Source: Candidatus Aminicenantes bacterium
GTDB taxonomy: Bacteria; Acidobacteriota; Aminicenantia; Aminicenantales; UBA4085
Reading direction: 5' to 3'
Length of the DNA: 64,000 nucleotides
NCBI GenBank assembly: GCA_963729855.1
Contig: CAVSPT010000002.1
Location: 10,012-74,011, forward strand
In this document: one piece after another, positions 58,938-64,000 of the stretch
How the letters are laid out: each line of letters begins with the position of its first letter
How positions within the stretch are numbered: the first letter of the stretch is position 1
The notes under the pieces: model-generated
Seen by the model: only the letters and a program-made list of their open reading frames with translations
Told to the model about the DNA's origin: nothing
Database searches by the model: none
Made by a program: the position numbers and the translations under genes

Positions 58938-60000
58938 CTAGAGCTGGAGTCCATCGCCTATTGGCTTGGGCGATGGGGACCTCTCCGCTACAGAGGTCAG
59001 CCTCGGATGATCGATGATCCGATCCACGATGGCATACCCCGTGATGAAAGCGACGACCTTCCTCCTCCTCCTGCACTGGGGGCATCCCATCGGGATGATC
59101 CAGTAACGGTCGCGATCGCTGGGGGCGTTTCCTGACCTGGAATGACCGGTATCTGAAACCAAAATCCTGGGGAGACGCGCGGCCGCTTCAGACTGATCCG
59201 AGTCGGACATGAGTTCCGCGATAAGCTCCTTGACCGTCACGATCTTATTGATCCGGTAGGCGTTATGGCCGCAGAAGATCAGACCGTTATCGACATCCCC
59301 CATAAAGGAATTGACGAGGGCCAGGGCGATGCAATATCTGGCCTCGGCGACCTTACAGGCAGTCAGACAGCGGTAATCACACTTGATCTGGAGCTTGTCC
59401 ACGACCTCGAGCTTTTTCAGGAACTTGTCCCGGATAGCCCGCCCGGGCATTCCGACGGGACTCTTGATAATGCTGTTCCAGGGAGAATCCCAAGTGTCCC
59501 CCCGCCAAAGGACCTTCCAAAATCAGGGCGTCGGCCGTCCGGGCGAAGCGTTTTTCCCACGATCTCAGGATCAATTCGGCGACCCGTCCAGAGCTAACAA
59601 TGGGAACGAGGTTGACCGATGGGTCCTCGACAAGGCCGGGCAGTTTGGCTGGCAGACCGGCCCCATACACGATCATTTTGATGCCTTCCCGAACCGCGGT
59701 CAGGATCAGGTCGTCCACGTTGCTGAGCACGCCCATAAAATTGACGGCCAGGTTGCCATCCGTCGAGCTTTTGGCTTTGCGGATCTCCGATTCCAGGGCT
59801 TCCCGGGATGCTTTTTCGTATTCGTTCTTGGAGGCTTCGGGGTCGCCCAGGCCGATGCTGGATATGGTGCCAACGGCCCCTTCCCGGGCGACGGCCGCGG
59901 CCAGGGAAGAGAGCGAGACCCGCACGCCCATCCCGCCCTGGACGATGGGGATGTCGGCGGTGATGCTGCCGATTTTAAGCTTGGAGATTTTCATCTCCGC
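58938..60000 (-). pseudogene. Nitronate monooxygenase / FabK-like (NMO family) gene with internal frameshift
   Basis: N-terminal IPIVQGGMGVRVS...EGPLAGGHLG in ORF 59377-60285, C-terminal NMO residues continue in a different frame (ORF 58938-59450); frames overlap 59377-59450. Confidence 0.65.
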
Positions 60001-60300
60001 CTCCAGGAGTTTCTCCCCATCCGGACCGATGGGGCAGAACGCCTTCACTTCGCACGGCCCCATCTGGGCATTGGCGTAGATCCCGCGGCCTTGGAACCGC
60101 TCAATCTGTCGCCGCCGGGCCGCCTCGACTCTCGACCGGATCGAGGCCGAGCCCTCCCCTTCCTGTTTAGAGACGATCTCCCGGAACGGCACGCTGGGGA
60201 CTTGCCTGGATATCGATGCGGTCGAGCAAAGGGCCCGAGATTTTCGAGTAATAGCGGGCTCTCTGATGATCCGTGCACTCGTCATCGCGTCCGCCCGCCC
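59995..60300 (-). pseudogene. comM: Second internal comM/yifB fragment (~300 bp), frameshifted, fused upstream of the NMO gene
   Basis: Nucleotide similarity to 48556-48900; encodes ..CTDHQRARYYSKISGPLLDRIDIQ.. then 2-nt deletion relative to copy 1. Confidence 0.65.
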
Positions 60301-60330
60301 CCGCCCGCATCACGTTGGCGCAGGGTTGCG

Positions 60331-60780
60331 TTGCCCTTTTGCCATTTAACCTTAAAGGGAAAAAGACCGGTCCACAGAGAGAAATACCCTGATATTTGTC
60401 GGACGTGGGGCGACTGGATTCGGGCTCGCAGGATCGATTTGAAGCTCACCAAAGCCCAACTTTCCCTCAAGCTTAATGTTTCGGACATTACGATATATCT
60501 CTGGGAGAAGAATAAAGTCCAGCCGTCCTTGGCCCAGATTCCAAAGATTATCGAATTCCTGGGCCGCGATCCGTTTGAAGCTGAAGCCGGAAGCCTGGCT
60601 GAAAAACTCAAAAACTATCGCCGGGTGCAGGGGCTTTCTCAAAAGAAATTCGCTGAGCAACTGAAGGTCGATTTTACAACCTTGGCCGGGTGGGAGAGAG
60701 GGATACATGAACCGTCAAAAAGACTTCTAAACAAGCTAATCGCCGCAATAAGCTTTTCTAAACGTAAGGAAGCTATTTGA
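60331..60780 (+). CDS. Tandem-HTH XRE-family transcriptional regulator (copy 2)
   Basis: 149 aa, ~80% identical to 48878-49318 copy; same TTG-start position relative to the comM fragment. Confidence 0.6.
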   Translation: MPFCHLTLKGKRPVHREKYPDICRTWGDWIRARRIDLKLTKAQLSLKLNVSDITIYLWEKNKVQPSLAQIPKIIEFLGRDPFEAEAGSLAEKLKNYRRVQGLSQKKFAEQLKVDFTTLAGWERGIHEPSKRLLNKLIAAISFSKRKEAI

Positions 60781-60885
60781 ACCCATATTTCCCAAATAGA
60801 AATCAAAACTTGTTATAATATTAGCTGAAAAGGCTGATGAATAAAGGCTGATGGCGATATTAAAGCAGAAAAACGGAGAGACCTG

Positions 60886-61212
60886 ATGGGTGAGAGCAAA
60901 AAAGAGGTCTTGCGGGTCCAGTTTGACCCCAGTGTGAAGCTGGAATTCCAGGGCGCAAAAATAACCAGTGATGGCGGTCTGCTGCTTTTCAGAGAGATGG
61001 ATGAAGTGATGGGATTGACGGTTTTGGCCGAGAAAATTCTTCAGGATCCGCGCACGGGCCAGAATACCTAGCACACGATGACGGCATTGCTTCGCCAAGC
61101 GGTATATGGACGGTTGGCCGGATACGAGGATACCAATGACGCCGAGCGGCTGCGAGTCGACCCGGCCCTGCAATGGGAGAATTCAATCTGTGATGGAGGA
61201 ATCAGGTGGCTT
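60886..61212 (+). pseudogene. IS1380-family transposase N-terminal remnant
   Basis: KITSDGGLLLFREMDEVMGLT ... (TAG at 61069) ... ALLRQAVYGRLAGYEDTNDAERLRVDPALQ = conserved N-terminal motifs of IS1380 transposases; only ~108 codons, in-frame stop, remainder deleted. Confidence 0.7.
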
Positions 61213-61259
61213 TGATCGGTCATATGGGAAATCCCGGTTAAAATATGGAGGATTAAACA

Positions 61260-62765
61260 ATGGCAGTTGAACCAGCATCAAGCATGAGCACGCCAGATTT
61301 CGGCGCCCTCGTCGCCCGTCACCGCAACTACTTCTTGTCGGGCGCGACCCGCTCTGCGGAATGGCGAAAAACCCAGTTGATCGCATTGCGGTCGATGATG
61401 AAGGACCACGCCGAGGAGTTCTACGCCGCGTTGTGGACGGACCTCCGCCGCAACCGGACCGACGCGGATTGGACTGATGTGAAGTACATGACCAGCGAGA
61501 TCGACCACGTGCTTGCTCACCTTCGGCGATGGATGAAGCCGCTAGCGGTGAGCACGCCTCTTGTTCTGACACCATCCCACGCGCAGGTGCAGTTCGATCC
61601 TCTCGGGGTCGGGCTGATTATCGGCACGTGGAACTATCCAGTGATGATGGTACTGTCACCGTTAGTCTCGGCGATTTCCGCGGGGAACGCAGCTGTTATC
61701 AAGCCATCGGAAGTATCTCTAGCCACCGCCGAAGTGATCGCACGGCTCGTCCCCGAGTATCTGGACCGCAACGCGTTTTCAGTAGTCCTCGGCGCGATAC
61801 CCGAGACTACGGCACTACTGGAGCAGCAATGGGACCACATCTTTTTTACAGGTGGCTCGACCGTCGCCAAGGTGGTCATGACCGCGGCAGCGAAACATTT
61901 GACCCCAGTCGTGCTCGAACTGGGCGGGAAGAATCCCACCATCGTGCACTCCTCAGCCAACCTGCGCGTCGCGGCGCACCGCATCGCTTACGGGCGCTGG
62001 TTTAATTCCGGCCAGACGTGCACGGCGCCGGACTATGTCCTCGTGTTCAAGGACGTTGCCAAGGCATTTCTAGGACACCTGAAAGAAACGTTGCTTCAGT
62101 TCTACGGAGAGGATCCGCAGAAAAGCCCGGATTATGGCCGGATCGCCAGTTCCCATCACTTTGACCGTCTGACGAAGCTGCTCAGCAGCGGGACGATCTT
62201 TCATGGTGGGCAGCACGACGGGACGGACCGTTTTATCGCGCCAACGGTGCTGGTCAACGTGTCGCCGGACTCGCCCGCAATGCAGGAAGAGATTTTCGGC
62301 CCCATCCTACCGGTACTGGAGGTCGCCGACGTTCGGGAAGTGATCGACTTCGTCAACGCGCGGCCGAGCCCTCTCGGTCTGTACTTGTTCTCTGACGATC
62401 GGTCCGTAACCGAGCAGATCCTGAACTCAACGACATCGGGGGATGCCTGCGTCAACGACTGCACCCTTCAGCCGATCCTCCATGATTTGCCATTCGGCGG
62501 CGTCGGCAACTCCGGAATGGGCAAATATCACGGCGAGTGGGGATTCCGTACGTACACAAACGCGCGCGGTGTTCTGTACCACAGCACGCGACTCGACTCA
62601 GCCGTCCGTTATCCTCCTTACGACCGTAACCAGAGGCTGCGGGAATTTGTGTTAAAGAGTGCTTCGATGGCTCCAAAATTACGAGCTTCTCTTGGCTCGT
62701 ACCGGATTCCACTCGATTCGGAGATCATCGAAGGCTTAATCGAAGACAACCGACTTCACCAATGA
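61260..62765 (+). CDS. NAD(P)-dependent aldehyde dehydrogenase (ALDH3-like)
   Basis: 501 aa; ELGGKNP, catalytic Cys in GQTCTAPDY, GGAGG RBS. Confidence 0.85.
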   Translation: MAVEPASSMSTPDFGALVARHRNYFLSGATRSAEWRKTQLIALRSMMKDHAEEFYAALWTDLRRNRTDADWTDVKYMTSEIDHVLAHLRRWMKPLAVSTPLVLTPSHAQVQFDPLGVGLIIGTWNYPVMMVLSPLVSAISAGNAAVIKPSEVSLATAEVIARLVPEYLDRNAFSVVLGAIPETTALLEQQWDHIFFTGGSTVAKVVMTAAAKHLTPVVLELGGKNPTIVHSSANLRVAAHRIAYGRWFNSGQTCTAPDYVLVFKDVAKAFLGHLKETLLQFYGEDPQKSPDYGRIASSHHFDRLTKLLSSGTIFHGGQHDGTDRFIAPTVLVNVSPDSPAMQEEIFGPILPVLEVADVREVIDFVNARPSPLGLYLFSDDRSVTEQILNSTTSGDACVNDCTLQPILHDLPFGGVGNSGMGKYHGEWGFRTYTNARGVLYHSTRLDSAVRYPPYDRNQRLREFVLKSASMAPKLRASLGSYRIPLDSEIIEGLIEDNRLHQ

Positions 62766-62909
62766 CGTCATGGACAAAGCGGACTGAATGGAGATCGAAA
62801 GGATATGCTTATTTCCGGCTTTACTTCTATACGCAGCAAGATGAGATATATGATTTAATAGGTCAATTGCTTTTTCGAAGTGATCCGTCGATGACGAGGA
62901 TGAATTCAC

Positions 62910-64000
62910 ATGAACTCGATAAAACTTCTCCTGGTTTCTGTCTTCGGGCCCTTCGGGGTGAGGGACGATTACGCTGAGGGAAATGGAATGCAGATGGAAC
63001 TCTTCAACAACCAGATCACGAGGCAGCAGGGAGTCCACTCGCCCCGGCAGTCCTACTGGAGTTTCCCGCTGTACCTGCTCGCGGAGAATGTCTCGGTGCC
63101 TGCAACTGTTCTCGATTTTCCCGCCTGGGAAGAATTCACGAGGGAACTGGAAAAGGGTTACACTCACGTGGGCATCACTTTCATCGTCCCCAACGTCCTG
63201 AAGGCTCGAAGGATGGCCGAGCACATTAGATCGAAGCACCCTGAGATGAAGATAATACTGGGCGGCTTCGGCACCATGGTCCCTGCCCTGGAGACCATCG
63301 TTCCCCACGACGGTGTATGCGACGGCGAGGGTGTGGAGTGGCTGAGGCGGTACTTCGGGGAAGACCCATCGGCACCCATCGTGCATCCTGCCATTTTCGG
63401 CCCAGCCTACGAGTACATCTATGGGGCAAGGATTCCCACGAAGGGGTCGATCCTGCTCACCGGGGTGGGATGCAACAATGCCTGCGAGTTTTGCGCCACC
63501 TCCTTCAAGTTCGGCAAGAAGTATGTGCCCTTCATGTCGACCGGGGCCCAGGTGTTCGATGCCTGTCTGAAGTCCGAAAAGGAACTGGGTTCAAGGGGAT
63601 TTGCCATTATCGATGAGAATTTCCTCAAGAAGCCCCAACGGGCCAGGGAACTTCTTGCCCAGTTGGAGGCGCAGGAGAAGGCCTACGTCTTCGACATATT
63701 CTCCTCTGCCGAGGTGATCACCGATGTAGGCATCGATTTCCTCGTGCGACTCGGCATACACGTGATCTGGATCGGTGTCGAGTCGAGGGCGAACACCCAT
63801 GCGAAGCTTAAGGACATAGACATCGGCAACCTGATAGCTCAGCTCCAGGAAAATGGCATCTCGGTGATAACATCCGGCATCCTTTTCCTTGACCACCACG
63901 ACCAAGAGACCATCAGGGAAGATATCGAGTGGATCATTGGTCTCGGTTCCGACATGACCCAGTTCATGAACTACACACCCTACCCATGCACCGGCTTGTA
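62910..64000 (+). CDS. B12-binding radical SAM protein (5' partial, runs off window)
   Basis: Open frame from ATG 62910 to window end without stop: cobalamin-binding domain (HVGITFIVPNV...KIILGGFG), radical-SAM CNNACEFCATS motif; absent from ORF track because no stop codon in window. Confidence 0.7.
   Translation, partial: MNSIKLLLVSVFGPFGVRDDYAEGNGMQMELFNNQITRQQGVHSPRQSYWSFPLYLLAENVSVPATVLDFPAWEEFTRELEKGYTHVGITFIVPNVLKARRMAEHIRSKHPEMKIILGGFGTMVPALETIVPHDGVCDGEGVEWLRRYFGEDPSAPIVHPAIFGPAYEYIYGARIPTKGSILLTGVGCNNACEFCATSFKFGKKYVPFMSTGAQVFDACLKSEKELGSRGFAIIDENFLKKPQRARELLAQLEAQEKAYVFDIFSSAEVITDVGIDFLVRLGIHVIWIGVESRANTHAKLKDIDIGNLIAQLQENGISVITSGILFLDHHDQETIREDIEWIIGLGSDMTQFMNYTPYPCTGL

Noticed and set aside
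59383-60780. 465-aa plus-strand ORF
   Set aside because: It is a composite. Only its last 149 codons (60331-60780) form the XRE-HTH gene; the upstream part is antisense to the NMO/comM pseudogene.

Overview
This is a high-GC (~65-70%) bacterial chromosomal segment, gene-dense on both strands, and the calls below come from reading the ORF translations and the DNA by eye. Positions 1-48.3 kb look like conserved core genome. From ~48.9 kb to the window end lies a lower-GC (~40-55%) mosaic accessory region inserted in comM/yifB. Two B12-binding radical SAM genes and a second, diverged copy of rpoD are the most unusual cargo.

Core genes, in order:
- glmS-glmU, a TPR protein and lpxC.
- A LarB/PurE-like gene.
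- dnaG-rpoD (an rpsU-dnaG-rpoD-type operon without a visible rpsU), followed by an elongator-type tRNA(CAU).
- A COG1579 zinc-ribbon protein and a fadD-like acyl-CoA ligase.
- gyrB-gyrA and a DRG-like GTPase.
- Two paralogous M28 aminopeptidases flanking a secreted cyclophilin.
- An M23 peptidase and an extremely Trp-rich secreted FecR-like protein.
- A Nudix hydrolase and a DUF2007 protein.
- A complete dcw cluster, mraZ-rsmH-ftsL-ftsI-murE-murF-mraY-murD-ftsW-murG-murC-ftsQ-ftsA-ftsZ, with no murB or ddl, followed by a translationally coupled hutI-like amidohydrolase.
- A PPC/DUF296 protein, an APC permease, an amidohydrolase-2 and a His-rich secreted protein.

Accessory region (48.9 kb to end):
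- It truncates comM/yifB, leaving only the C-terminal ~167 codons (48396-48898).
- It is delimited internally by repeated modules: two copies of a ~300-bp internal comM fragment, each abutting an XRE-type tandem-HTH regulator gene; a third 3' fragment of that HTH gene; and ~260-bp direct repeats.
- Cargo includes two B12-binding radical SAM genes (one with a DUF4070 tail, one running off the window), mgsA and a ferritin-like/micro-ORF cluster.
- It also carries an NfeD-stomatin pair with a consensus sigma70 promoter and an ORF-poor palindromic stretch.
- There is a full-length second, diverged copy of rpoD.
- It ends with a frameshifted nitronate-monooxygenase pseudogene fused to the second comM fragment, an IS1380-family transposase remnant and an ALDH gene.

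No rRNA and no CRISPR arrays were seen.
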